Part shown: piece by piece, positions 30,477 through 39,679 of the stretch
Layout of the letters: each line of letters starts with the position of its first letter
Position numbering within the stretch: the first letter of the stretch is position 1
Assembly (NCBI GenBank): GCA_965651715.1
Contig: CBFGTB010000002.1
Coordinates: 1 to 61,513 of the forward strand
Length of the DNA stretch: 61,513 bases
DNA from: an uncultured Gemmatimonadales bacterium
GTDB taxonomy: Bacteria > Gemmatimonadota > Gemmatimonadetes > Gemmatimonadales > GWC2-71-9
Reading direction: 5' to 3'
Program-made: the position numbers and the translations under genes
Notes under the pieces: model-generated
What the model was told of the DNA's origin: nothing
Databases searched by the model: none
What the model saw: the letters and a program-made list of their open reading frames with translations, nothing else

Positions 30477-30578
30477 GGAATCAGACCGTTGCGAGCGGGA
30501 GTGAGGTCGGGGGGTGGCGCCGGGCGCCGGCCCGGAGCCCGAGCTGTGGGGGCGGGAGCAGCGCGGCGACGGGCATGA

Positions 30579-31148
30579 TCAGGACCGATTGTGCCGGGTC
30601 ATTGCCGTCTCGATGCCATGCTGCGCCCAGGTGGCGACAGCGTCGGCCATCGGGTCGAGCAGATCGTCGAGCAGGGCGCGTTCGTCGGGCCTGAAGCGTC
30701 CCAGCACATAGTCGGCAAGGTCGTCGTATTCGGGCGGTTTGGGGCCGACGCCGATCCGCAGCCGGGCGTAGTCCTGACGGCGGAGATGAGCCTCGATGCT
30801 TTTGAGACCGTTGTGGCCGCCGGCCGATCCGGCGCCGCGCAGTCGGAAGCGGCCCAGCGGCAGGGCGACCTCGTCGACCAGCACCAGCAGGTCATCGGCG
30901 GGGTCCCAGTGGGGCCCGCGCAGGGCGCGCAGGGCCTGACCGCTGTTGTTCATGTAGGTGGTGGGCTTGACCAGCCGGACCGGAATGCCGGCCAACGTTC
31001 CGGTGGTCTGAACAGCCTGATCGCCCCGGCGGAAGGGACCGAATCCGCCTCGCTCCGCGAGGTGGTCGAGCAGCAGCCAGCCGGCGTTGTGACGGGTGTG
31101 CTGGTAGTCGGCCCCGGGGTTGCCGAGGCCGACAATCGCCTTCGCCAT
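30579..31148 (-). CDS. pth: Peptidyl-tRNA hydrolase
   Basis: VGLGNPGADYQHTRHNAGW and GGHNGLKSI. Confidence 0.96.
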   Translation of the reverse strand: MAKAIVGLGNPGADYQHTRHNAGWLLLDHLAERGGFGPFRRGDQAVQTTGTLAGIPVRLVKPTTYMNNSGQALRALRGPHWDPADDLLVLVDEVALPLGRFRLRGAGSAGGHNGLKSIEAHLRRQDYARLRIGVGPKPPEYDDLADYVLGRFRPDERALLDDLLDPMADAVATWAQHGIETAMTRHNRS

Positions 31149-31810
31149 CAGCTCTCGCTACCTGCCTCGTCCTCGTCGGCCTTGCCCTTCTTGATCACCT
31201 CGGGGCTGGTCGCTGCCTCGTCGGCGGTGTCGGCCGCGGCTTCGACCCGCGAGGCGATCACCCCGACGATCGACACGTCGCCGTCGTGCATCACCTCGCC
31301 GGCGCTGAGGCTGAGGTCACGGACGTGGATGGCTTCGCCGACCTTGAGGTCGGTGACGTCGACCTCGATGTGCTCCGGAATATTGCCGGGCAGGCACTTG
31401 ACAGTCAGGCGGTGGAGGTGATGGTCGAGCACTCCGCCCTGATTGCGGACACCGTCGGGGTTGCCGACCACATGGACCGGCACGTCGACGAGGATCGCCT
31501 CGCCGGCCACGACGGCGTAGAGATCGAGATGGATCACGTCGGAGCGGCGCACCGGGTTGCGCTGGACCTCCCGAACGATCGTCTGGACGGCGGGCGCCCC
31601 ATCGATCGCCAGGTCGATCAGCACGGTTTCGCCGCCGATCCGATCGAGCAGCCGACTGACATCGCGCTGCTCGAGGGTGAGCGACTGTGGATCGCGGCCG
31701 CGGCCGTAGACCACGGCGGGGATCTTGCCGGCGCGACGCAAGCTGCGGGCGACGCCCTTGCCGGTGGTGGTCCGCGAATCCGCGGTCAGGGTCACTGTCT
31801 CCATTGCCAT
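31148..31810 (-). CDS. rplY: 50S ribosomal protein L25 / general stress protein Ctc
   Basis: RSLRRAGKIPAVVYG. Two-domain Ctc length with an acidic tail. ATGA overlap with pth. Confidence 0.92.
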   Translation of the reverse strand: MAMETVTLTADSRTTTGKGVARSLRRAGKIPAVVYGRGRDPQSLTLEQRDVSRLLDRIGGETVLIDLAIDGAPAVQTIVREVQRNPVRRSDVIHLDLYAVVAGEAILVDVPVHVVGNPDGVRNQGGVLDHHLHRLTVKCLPGNIPEHIEVDVTDLKVGEAIHVRDLSLSAGEVMHDGDVSIVGVIASRVEAAADTADEAATSPEVIKKGKADEDEAGSES

Positions 31811-31823
31811 CTCCGTCGTTCGG

Positions 31824-32777
31824 TCAGTCGAAGAGTGAACTCACCGACTGGTCACTGTGCGTATACCCGATCGCCTTCGCCAGGAGTCCCGCAATCGAGA
31901 GCACCTTCAGAGCCGGAAAGTGACGCTCCGGCGGCAGGTTGATCGTGTTGGTGACCGCCACTTCGGTCACCGGTGCCGACGCGAGCCGTTCCACTGCCGG
32001 ACCTGAGAGCAGGGCATGGGTCGCGCAGATGTAGATGTCGTGGGCCCCCAGGCGCTTGAGCGCGTGGACCGCCTCGGTCATCGTCCCGCCGGTGTCGATC
32101 ATGTCGTCGGGGATGATACAGTTCTTCCCCGCCACGTCGCCCACCACATGCAGGGCCTCGGCCTGATTGGGGCCACTGCGTCGCTTGTCGATGATCGCCA
32201 GGGTGCCGTTGAGCCGCTTGGCGAATCCGCGCGCCATCTTGGCTGAGCCGACATCGGGCGCCACCACCACCACATCCTCCAGTTGCTTCTGCCGATAATG
32301 CTGCACGAAGATCGGCGCCGCATAGAGATGGTCGACCGGCAGGTCGAAGAATCCCTGCAACTGGTGCTGGTGAAAATCCATGGCCAGGACCCGGTCGGCC
32401 CCGGCGGTCGACACCATGTTGGCCATCAGCTTGGCCGAGATCGCCACCCGGGGCTGATCCTTGCGATCCTGGCGGGCGTAGCCGAAGTAGGGCATCACCG
32501 CCGTGATCCGGGCTGCACTGGCGCGGCGGGCCGCGTCCATCAGCAGCAGCAGTTCGAGCAGGTTCTCCGCCGGCGGGTTGGTCGGCTGGATGATGTAGAC
32601 ATCACGCCCCCGCACGTTCTCGTCGATCTTGACGAAGATCTCACCATCGGCAAATCGCCGACTGGTCACCCGGCACAGCTCGCAGTCGAGTTGCTGGGCG
32701 ATCTCCTCGGCGAGCGGCCGATTGGCCGACCCGCTCAGCAGGAGCATGGGCTTGGGTACCAGAGGAAGTTCGGCCAT
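31824..32777 (-). CDS. prs: Ribose-phosphate pyrophosphokinase
   Basis: YFGYARQDRK, DFHQHQLQGFF, IIPDDMIDTGGT. Confidence 0.97.
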   Translation of the reverse strand: MAELPLVPKPMLLLSGSANRPLAEEIAQQLDCELCRVTSRRFADGEIFVKIDENVRGRDVYIIQPTNPPAENLLELLLLMDAARRASAARITAVMPYFGYARQDRKDQPRVAISAKLMANMVSTAGADRVLAMDFHQHQLQGFFDLPVDHLYAAPIFVQHYRQKQLEDVVVVAPDVGSAKMARGFAKRLNGTLAIIDKRRSGPNQAEALHVVGDVAGKNCIIPDDMIDTGGTMTEAVHALKRLGAHDIYICATHALLSGPAVERLASAPVTEVAVTNTINLPPERHFPALKVLSIAGLLAKAIGYTHSDQSVSSLFD

Positions 32778-32860
32778 TTGACAGCCCGGAAAGATATCGG
32801 GGCCCCGCCACTCTGGTCAACGGCTGGGCCTCGCCCCCGGCGCACTGCCGGGGCCGGGGG

Positions 32861-33034
32861 TCAGAACTCGCGCCGCTTCATCTCCTTGAAGAGCTTGTCC
32901 GAGTCGGATTTGGCATCCTCGGTGGGCCGGGTGGCGGCCAGGGTGGGATCGACGAACCGGGCCCGGCGATTCTTCTCGGTATTGGCCTTGCCGGTGGTCT
33001 TGCGGATCAGGGCTTCGAGCTGGCTGTCCTTCAT
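32861..33034 (-). CDS. Small basic hypothetical protein (57 aa)
   Basis: MKDSQLEALIRKTTGKANTEKNRRARF... GAGGT lies 5-6 nt upstream. GC3-rich codons match neighbouring genes. No family recognised. Confidence 0.4.
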   Translation of the reverse strand: MKDSQLEALIRKTTGKANTEKNRRARFVDPTLAATRPTEDAKSDSDKLFKEMKRREF

Positions 33035-33136
33035 GGTGACCTCAATGCGGGAACGGATCCGGGGAACTGACGACAACGCCCCCGGGAGACGAATCTCGCG
33101 GGGGCGCTGGGAAAATGAAGCATCGAGCGGCACGCC

Positions 33137-33664
33137 TCAGGGAATCGCCGCCTCAAGCTCTTCGATGGTCCACTGGGTGGTCCGATCGGCGACCTTGGTC
33201 CGGACGGCGGCCACCATCTCGGGGGTCACTGCCGACTGGGTGTTGCCCCAGGACGACCGCTCGTAGGTGGTGATCGCGGCGATCTGCTCGTCGGAGAGCG
33301 ACTCCCACGGCGCCATCACGCTGTTGAACTCGGTGCCCTTGACGGTGACCGGGCCCTGGAGGCCCTTGAGCACGATGGCGATCATCCGATCGGGTGAGGC
33401 CAGCGTGGCGATATCGGAACCGGCCAGCGGCGGGTAGAGGCCGGGCATGCCCTCACCGTTGGCCTGGTGGCACACGGCGCAGGTGTTGGCGTACTCGGTC
33501 GCGCCGTCGATCGCAGCGGTCTGGGTCGCGGCGGCGGCGGGCGGTTCAGCCGTGTTGCCGCCTTCAGGGGCCTTGGCGTCGCCACCGCCGCAGGCCACCA
33601 GGCCGCCGAAGACGACTGCGACAAGGGCGCCAGTGGCGCGGCGGGCATTCATCGACTGGAACAT
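33137..33664 (-). CDS. Class I c-type cytochrome (secreted)
   Basis: Signal/anchor sequence, heme motif CAVCH, and a distal Met region FNSVMAPW. Confidence 0.8.
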   Translation of the reverse strand: MFQSMNARRATGALVAVVFGGLVACGGGDAKAPEGGNTAEPPAAAATQTAAIDGATEYANTCAVCHQANGEGMPGLYPPLAGSDIATLASPDRMIAIVLKGLQGPVTVKGTEFNSVMAPWESLSDEQIAAITTYERSSWGNTQSAVTPEMVAAVRTKVADRTTQWTIEELEAAIP

Positions 33665-33799
33665 CGTGGCTGCTCCTCGGAATCATGTGCGGGATATCGG
33701 TTGCCCCTTGCGGGGCAGGGCCGGATCGTCACCGTGACGTCCGATCCCCTCCGTAAGAAAACGGACCCGTGCACGAAATGGGAGGGGGGGTGCTGAAAA

Positions 33800-33870
33800 T
33801 TGCCCCGGGTGGATTCGAACCACCATAGCCGGATCCAAAGACCGGAGTCCTGCCATTGGACGACGGGGCA
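33800..33870 (-). tRNA. tRNA-Gln (anticodon UUG)
   Basis: Cloverleaf: TGCCCCG/CGGGGCA acceptor with a U1-A72 pair, GTCC/GGAC D stem, anticodon loop CTTTGGA, T arm GGTGG-TTCGAAT-CCACC. CCA is not encoded. Confidence 0.9.
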
Positions 33871-33919
33871 GTTGGCGCCGCGCCGAAAGGTAGACGGATC
33901 GGCGCCGGGGTGAAGTCGG

Positions 33920-34774
33920 TCAGATCGGTTGGGTGGCGATCAGGCGGCCGTGGCGGCTGCCGAGCATCTGCCGGGCGTCGTCGCGATCGCTCTCCTGGCG
34001 GTATACGGCGACCAGCGCGCTGCCCGAGCCACTCATGCGGCAGAACATCGGAGCGGTGGCGACCAGCGCGCGGTAGGCGGCGTCGATCCGGGGTTCGGCC
34101 GCAAAGGTGACTGCCTCAAAATCGTTGCCGCTCATCCGGGCGACGTCGCCCCACTGCTGCAGTTGCTCGGCGCTCAGCAGCAGACTGCCCCGGTCGCGTC
34201 GGGAGGCTTGCTGGTCCAGCCGCTGGTAGGCGGCTGCGGTGGCGACGTGGACGTCAGGCAGGACCAGCAGCATCGGCCGCGGCGGCAGCGGCGGCAGGGC
34301 GAAGAGTCGCTCGCCGTGGCCCCACGCCAGAGCCAGCGGCGCCTGGCTCACAAAGAAGGGCACGTCGGCGCCCAACCGGCGCCCGAGGTGGAGCAGTTCG
34401 GCGCGCGGGATGGCATCGCCCGCCAGACGATTCACGGCGAGCAGCGTCTGGGCCGCATCGCTGGATCCGCCGCCCAGGCCGGCGCCGCTGGGAATGTGTT
34501 TGGTGAGCTGAAGTCGAACCCCGAACCGATGGCCGGTGGCTGCCAGTGCGAGTTCTGCGGCGCGCCAGGCGAGGTTGTCGCGCACCGGTCCCAGATCGGC
34601 TCCCGTCACGTCGAGGCTGAGGCCCGACTCACACCGTTCGACCACCAGCTCGTCGGCAAAGGCGATGCGACAGAACAGCGTTTCCAGGCCGTGATGGCCG
34701 TTGTCTTCCCGAGCGAACACTCGCAGAAAGAGGTTCACTTTGGCGGGACACGACACCGTGATCCGATCGCTCAC
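33920..34774 (-). CDS. ispE: 4-(cytidine 5'-diphospho)-2-C-methyl-D-erythritol kinase
   Basis: PAKVNLFLRV and GHMP motif IPSGAGLGGGSSDAAQTL. The GTG start overlaps the upstream stop (GTGA). Confidence 0.93.
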   Translation of the reverse strand: MSDRITVSCPAKVNLFLRVFAREDNGHHGLETLFCRIAFADELVVERCESGLSLDVTGADLGPVRDNLAWRAAELALAATGHRFGVRLQLTKHIPSGAGLGGGSSDAAQTLLAVNRLAGDAIPRAELLHLGRRLGADVPFFVSQAPLALAWGHGERLFALPPLPPRPMLLVLPDVHVATAAAYQRLDQQASRRDRGSLLLSAEQLQQWGDVARMSGNDFEAVTFAAEPRIDAAYRALVATAPMFCRMSGSGSALVAVYRQESDRDDARQMLGSRHGRLIATQPI

Positions 34775-35778
34775 CGGGCCGCCTCGCGCATGCCGCGCAG
34801 CGTCAGGCCGGTCCGCAGCAGCGAGGCAATGCCCAGGCCGGTGATCGGAACGAAGGTGAGCACGTGGTAGGCTATCGCATAGGCCAGACCGACGTCGCGG
34901 GGCACGTTGAACACCGTGGCGAGAGTGAGCATGATGGTCAGGTCGAACGCGCCGGCATATCCGGGGCTGCTGGGCAGCGCGATGCCTACTAACAGGGCGC
35001 CCTGGAGGATGATGGCGCCGGCCAGGCCGACCGGAATATCGAAGGCGCGAAACGCCAACCAGAAACCCGCGGCGTTCGTCAGCCAGATGGCGATCGACCA
35101 GCCGACGATCGGCAGGGCCCGGGCCGGATCGCGCAGCGCGGCGAGCCCGGCAATCAGCCGCTGCACGATGCCGAGACAGAGCTGGCGCAGCCGCCCGGCG
35201 GGTATCACGGTTTCGATCGGTCGGATCGCCAGCGCCGGCCAGCGCGCCACGGCGGCGGCGACGACCAGGGCGACCAGTCCGAGGGCGCCGACAGTGGTGG
35301 CGGCCGAGGCCAGGCTCCCCTGGGCCGGCAGATCGATCATGAAGAGTGCGGCGGTGAGCAGCACAGCGGCGGTCAGCGCGTCGAGCACCCGTTCCACCGC
35401 CACCGAGGCGAAGGCGCTGGCAAACGGCACCGGCCCCAGCCGGGTGATGGCGCCCATTCTCACCAGTTCGCCCAGTCGCAGCGGCAGGGTGTTGTTGGCA
35501 GCGAACCCCATGGCGATAGCGTGCCAGAGCGAGCGCCGGTCGAGCGGGGTGTCGTCCTCGCGGCGGAGCAGCAGGCGCCAGCGCGGCACCCGCAGCGCAA
35601 ACGGCAGGGTCGCAACCACGACGGCCAGCAGCATCGGGGCGAGATGCATGGCACGGATCTGCGCCCAGACGTCGCCGAACGGTGTGTCGCGGAAGGCATA
35701 CCAGATCAGCGCGGCCGAAATCAGCAGGCCGAGCAGGATCTGGAACCCACGGCGCGAGCGGGACTCAGGCTGCGTCAC
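34771..35778 (-). CDS. Flippase-like / lysyl-phosphatidylglycerol synthase TM-region family membrane protein (UPF0104-like)
   Basis: Polytopic. FQILLGLLISAALIWYAFRD...RVPRWRLLL pattern. Start proposed at GTG 35778 (VTQPES); the ORF extends to 35883. It overlaps the upstream stop by 14 nt. Confidence 0.6.
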   Translation of the reverse strand: MTQPESRSRRGFQILLGLLISAALIWYAFRDTPFGDVWAQIRAMHLAPMLLAVVVATLPFALRVPRWRLLLRREDDTPLDRRSLWHAIAMGFAANNTLPLRLGELVRMGAITRLGPVPFASAFASVAVERVLDALTAAVLLTAALFMIDLPAQGSLASAATTVGALGLVALVVAAAVARWPALAIRPIETVIPAGRLRQLCLGIVQRLIAGLAALRDPARALPIVGWSIAIWLTNAAGFWLAFRAFDIPVGLAGAIILQGALLVGIALPSSPGYAGAFDLTIMLTLATVFNVPRDVGLAYAIAYHVLTFVPITGLGIASLLRTGLTLRGMREAAR

Positions 35779-37594
35779 GAGCCAGCGGAACGAGGTCGAG
35801 CAGTTCGTCGAGCAGCGGCCGCAGTCGGCCGAGGTCGACCGAGGTGTGGCTGAGGATCTCCGCCAGCTCGGCCCGAATTTCATCGGCGCGAATCAGCGCC
35901 CGCTCACCCCGGTACAGCAGCGCGTCGATGTCGGTCGGCTCCGGTTCCGGCTCCGCCGACTCGGTGGTCGCGGTGTCCGCCGTCTTTTCGAGTTCACGCA
36001 GGCGCCGAAAGGCACGCGCCAGGCGTGCGGCCGAACCCTCCGACTCCTCCCTGGCGGGGCCATCGGGGGCGAGACTTTCGATAGTGACGATCGCCGGCTC
36101 CTCGACCTGCGGATCGGGAGCCAGGCTCTCGATCGTGACGATCTCCGGTTCCTCAACCTGCGGATCGGGGGCCAGGCTCTCGATCGTGACGATCTCCGGT
36201 TCCTCGACCTGCGGATCCGGAGCCAGACTTTCGATAGTGACGATCTCCGGCTCGTCGATCTGTGGATCGGGGGCCAGGGTCTCGATCGGTACCGGTTCAC
36301 TGTCGTGGGGCGGCGGACTGGCAGCAGCCGTGTCGCTCGGCGTGATGGCGGGCGGATCGGCGGCAGGAGTGGCAACGCCGAGGGTTGCAGCCAGGGCATC
36401 CCGTCGGACTGTCAGCTCGGCGACTGAGGCCTCGCCGCCGTGGTCGACAAGAAATCGACCGCAGTCGTTCAGCAGGCCGCTGAAGCCGTCGGGATCGCTG
36501 TGCGCCGTCCCGTTCTCGATGGTGCGGGCCAGCGCCTGCGACAGCGGGGCCAGGAAGTGCCCGGTACGGCTGGTCCGGGGCATGGTGGTCAGCGTCTGAT
36601 GGAGCACGAACAGGCGCAGATCGCGCGCTGCGGGCGAGCGACCGGCGGCCAGTGCCTGACCCTGGAGCAGCAGGTGATCGCCGACCCCCACCAGTTCCAC
36701 CGGAACCGGGTCGCCCGGTGACATGGCGGGTGGCCACTGCCCGCGACTGATCACCGACGGCTCGTCCGCCGGGGCCAGGCTGGCGATCGGCACCACGTCG
36801 GTGGCTGTGGCAAAGCCGTCGAGCAGTCGGCGGGCGACCTGATCGAGTCCGTTGGGCACGACCACCTGACCGTGATCCGCTACCGACTGGGCCATGGCAG
36901 CCAGGGCGTCGGCGGCGTCGGCGAAGACTCCCGCCACGTCGGGCGGTGCCGGTTCAGCCCGCAACAGGCAGCGGGTGGTCACCTCCATCGCGTCGAGCAA
37001 CTCGGGCAGCGGCGAGAGTTCGGTCGCATCACCCAGACCCCGCAGCGAGCGCAGCCGCTCGAGCACCCCGCCGAGCGCGGCCGGGGGATCCAGCGGGGCC
37101 AGGGCGCGGGCCGCCTGCTGGAGCGAGCCGGCAATCAGGGCCGATTCCCGGGCGATGAATGCCCGCACACCCGGGGTCAGGCCGGCATGGCCAGGGGTCG
37201 GGGCGGTCGGCGTCGGCGCCGTTTCGCCCCGACTGATCCGCTCGATCCGGTCGGTCAGCAACAGCGCATGGCGATCGTCGGCGGCCTCCCAGCCGGCGGC
37301 GCGGGAGACCAGGCCGCGCAGGGTCTGGAGCGCTTCGCGCCAGCCGCTCCGGGCATCGGGTTCCCAGCCCAGGGCGTGGTCCCGCAGTTGACGGGCCAGG
37401 GCTTCGAGCGCTGCTGCGGCCCGGGCAAAGGTGCCCAGGCCGGCCATCAGGGCCGCGCCGCGGAGCGCGCGCGCGCCGCGCACCAGCCGTTCGAGATCGG
37501 GCGGGTCATTCCGGCTGACCAGTTGCTCGAGTTCGGCCAGATATTCGGTCGCTTCGAGGACGAAGAACTGAGCCCGCCGCTGTGAGGCGCTCAT
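35765..37594 (-). CDS. Hypothetical 609-aa protein: Hpt-like helical N-terminus lacking the phospho-acceptor His, Pro/Ala-rich linkers, 17-aa tandem repeats
   Basis: RGARALRGAALMAGL aligns to the Hpt consensus RxAHxLKGxAxMxGL with Arg in place of His. The (I/V)xxIESLAPD motif occurs 6 times. The ATG overlaps the pdxJ stop (ATGA). Confidence 0.6.
   Translation of the reverse strand: MSASQRRAQFFVLEATEYLAELEQLVSRNDPPDLERLVRGARALRGAALMAGLGTFARAAAALEALARQLRDHALGWEPDARSGWREALQTLRGLVSRAAGWEAADDRHALLLTDRIERISRGETAPTPTAPTPGHAGLTPGVRAFIARESALIAGSLQQAARALAPLDPPAALGGVLERLRSLRGLGDATELSPLPELLDAMEVTTRCLLRAEPAPPDVAGVFADAADALAAMAQSVADHGQVVVPNGLDQVARRLLDGFATATDVVPIASLAPADEPSVISRGQWPPAMSPGDPVPVELVGVGDHLLLQGQALAAGRSPAARDLRLFVLHQTLTTMPRTSRTGHFLAPLSQALARTIENGTAHSDPDGFSGLLNDCGRFLVDHGGEASVAELTVRRDALAATLGVATPAADPPAITPSDTAAASPPPHDSEPVPIETLAPDPQIDEPEIVTIESLAPDPQVEEPEIVTIESLAPDPQVEEPEIVTIESLAPDPQVEEPAIVTIESLAPDGPAREESEGSAARLARAFRRLRELEKTADTATTESAEPEPEPTDIDALLYRGERALIRADEIRAELAEILSHTSVDLGRLRPLLDELLDLVPLARDAA
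36069..36292 (-). repeat. In-frame 51-bp tandem repeat, about 4.4 copies
   Basis: Units at 36069, 36120, 36171 and 36222, plus a partial unit at 36273. Copies 2 and 3 differ at 3 of 51 positions. Each unit encodes EEPEIVTIESLAPDPQV. Confidence 0.95.
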
Positions 37595-38355
37595 CGGCGG
37601 GCCTCGTCGATGCAGCGGCGCATCTCTCGGGTGGCGGCACCGATGCCGATAGTGATGGATCTGGCCACGATGCTGTGTCCGATGTTGAGTTCCTCAATCG
37701 GGTCGAGGGCGGCCACCGCTGCGACGTTGCCGGTGGTGAGCCCATGCCCGGCGTGAACGGCAAGGCCGCGGGTCCGGGCGTGCTCGGCGCCGCGACGGAG
37801 TTGGTCCAGGGCCGAGCCGGGACCGCCTTGATGAGCGTATCGGCCGGTGTGGAGTTCGACTGCAGTCACGCCGAGGTCGGCCGCCCGATCGATGGTGTGA
37901 AGATCGGGGTCGATGAAGAGTGCGACCGCGATCCCCGCCTCGGCAAGTCGGGTGAGCGCGCGGCGGAGATGGGGATCGTTGCCCTCGAGGGTCAGTCCGC
38001 CTTCGGTGGTCAACTCTTCGCGGCGCTCGGGGACCAGGGTGGCATGAGTCGGACGCAGGGCGCAGGCGAGGTCGATCACATCCTCGCGGGCGGCGCATTC
38101 GAAGTTGGTCACGCCGGCCACGCCCTCGACCAGACGCCGGGCGTCGGCGTCGTTGATGTGACGCCGATCTTCGCGCAGGTGGAAGGTGATCCCGTCGGCG
38201 CCGTAGGCCAGCGCCAGCCGGGCGGCATCGAGCGGGTCGGGTTGCTCGCCCCGCCGGGCCTGACGCACCGTCGCGACATGATCGACGTTGACGTGTAACC
38301 GTACCGATGTGCTCACTGTTTCGCTGGCTCCGTGGTTACGTTTCGCCCGACTCAC
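37591..38355 (-). CDS. pdxJ: Pyridoxine 5'-phosphate synthase
   Basis: HVNVDHVATVRQARRGEQPDP, FHLREDRRHI, VELHTGRYA, HAGHGL. Start is GTG 38355 or GTG 38316. Confidence 0.93.
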   Translation of the reverse strand: MSRAKRNHGASETVSTSVRLHVNVDHVATVRQARRGEQPDPLDAARLALAYGADGITFHLREDRRHINDADARRLVEGVAGVTNFECAAREDVIDLACALRPTHATLVPERREELTTEGGLTLEGNDPHLRRALTRLAEAGIAVALFIDPDLHTIDRAADLGVTAVELHTGRYAHQGGPGSALDQLRRGAEHARTRGLAVHAGHGLTTGNVAAVAALDPIEELNIGHSIVARSITIGIGAATREMRRCIDEARR

Positions 38356-38373
38356 TCCGCATGGAGGATGCCC

Positions 38374-38832
38374 ATGTCACAGTCGCTGTTCACCCTCTCC
38401 GCCCTGGTGCTCGGCGGCGTGCTCGTCGCTCCTCTCGCGGCTCAGACCGGACCGGCCGCGACGCCGACGCTGGCCGTCGAGGAGTTCATTCGCGCCGCGT
38501 CCGACAGCAATCTTACCCGGATGGCCGAACTTTTCGGCACCGACGAGGGCTCGGTCCGGTCGACCGGCAAGCCGGCCGACTACCCCAAGCGGATGGTCAT
38601 CATGCAGGCCATGATGGGGCACACCGCGGTGCGGGCGCTGTCCGAAGTCAAGATTTCCCGCAAGAACCATGTCGTCGTCACCACCGAAATCGCCAAGGGC
38701 AACTGCAAGGTGGTGGTCCCGGTCACCACGGTGAAGACCGACGACGACGGCTGGCTGGTGCGCGAATTCGATCTGCCGGCCATCTGGGACGGGATCAATC
38801 GTCCCTGCATCGGAGACGATCCCGGGAACTGA
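38374..38832 (+). CDS. Secreted hypothetical protein (152 aa)
   Basis: GGAGGA lies 5 nt upstream of the ATG. Signal peptide LSALVLGGVLVAPLAAQ. No family recognised. Confidence 0.55.
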   Translation: MSQSLFTLSALVLGGVLVAPLAAQTGPAATPTLAVEEFIRAASDSNLTRMAELFGTDEGSVRSTGKPADYPKRMVIMQAMMGHTAVRALSEVKISRKNHVVVTTEIAKGNCKVVVPVTTVKTDDDGWLVREFDLPAIWDGINRPCIGDDPGN

Positions 38833-38864
38833 TTGGCGCGGCGGGGTGTTCTCCTGCCGATCGA

Positions 38865-39254
38865 CTACTCGGTCAGCTCGATCAGGATGCCGGCTGTGGT
38901 TTTGGGGTGGACGAATGCCACCCGCCGTCCGCCGGCGCCGAGGCGCGGTGTATCGTCGATCGGGGTATAGCCGAGGCGGCGGCAGTCGGCCAGGGCCTGC
39001 TCGAGGTTGGCGACCCGGTAGCAGACGTGATGGATGCCCGGTCCCCGACGGGCCAGAAAACGCCCGATCGGGCTGTCGGCGTCGAGCGGCTCGAGCAGTT
39101 CGACATCGCTGCCGTCGAGGCCGAGGTGCAGGATCCGGGCGCCGTCGACCTGCTCGATGGTGTGCGGGTCGAGCGACAGGACGTCGCGGTAGAAGCTGAG
39201 GGCGTCGGCGATGCTGGGAACGGCGATCCCGACGTGGGCGAGAACAGGTTTCAT
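38865..39254 (-). CDS. mce: Methylmalonyl-CoA epimerase (VOC/glyoxalase fold)
   Basis: HVGIAV...A..FY...L, ELLEPL, GPGIHHVCYRV, VAFVHPKTTAGILIELTE. Confidence 0.8.
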   Translation of the reverse strand: MKPVLAHVGIAVPSIADALSFYRDVLSLDPHTIEQVDGARILHLGLDGSDVELLEPLDADSPIGRFLARRGPGIHHVCYRVANLEQALADCRRLGYTPIDDTPRLGAGGRRVAFVHPKTTAGILIELTE

Positions 39255-39294
39255 GATGGACAAATCTTATATCCGAACACGGAGGAGTGCAGGA

Positions 39295-39627
39295 ATGAGC
39301 GGAGCAACGGTGGCGGTGACTGACGCGACGTGGGCAACTGAGGTCGAGAACTCGACCGGGCTGGTGCTGGTGGACTTCTGGGCGGAGTGGTGTGGTCCCT
39401 GCCGGATGATCGCCCCGACGCTCGATGCGCTGGCCACCGAGTACGCCGGTCAGGCCAAGATCGCCAAGCTCGATGTCGATGCCAACCAGGCCACGGCGAT
39501 GAAGTTCAACGTCCGCTCGATCCCGGCGGTGCTCTTCTTCAAGGATGGCAAGCACGTCGATTCCCTGATCGGCGCGATGCCGCGGGGCGCCTTCGAGCAG
39601 AAGATTCAGCAGCACCTCGGCAGTTGA
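39295..39627 (+). CDS. trxA: Thioredoxin
   Basis: VLVDFWAEWCGPCRMIAP. GGAGGAG lies upstream of the start. About 110 aa. Confidence 0.95.
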   Translation: MSGATVAVTDATWATEVENSTGLVLVDFWAEWCGPCRMIAPTLDALATEYAGQAKIAKLDVDANQATAMKFNVRSIPAVLFFKDGKHVDSLIGAMPRGAFEQKIQQHLGS

Positions 39628-39634
39628 CGATCCG

Positions 39635-39674
39635 GGCCGCCCCGACGCGCGCGGGGCGGCCTGCGGTTTTCTTT
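39635..39674 (+). terminator. Rho-independent terminator after trxA
   Basis: ggccgccccg-acgcgcg-cggggcggcc forms a 10-bp stem, followed by tgcggttttctttc. Confidence 0.75.
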
Positions 39675-39679
39675 CGGCG

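Noticed and set aside
36069-36292. The regular 51-bp repeats could be mistaken for a CRISPR array.
   Set aside because: The units are directly adjacent with no spacers. They are in frame inside a long ORF and encode a sensible 17-aa peptide repeat. No cas genes are nearby.
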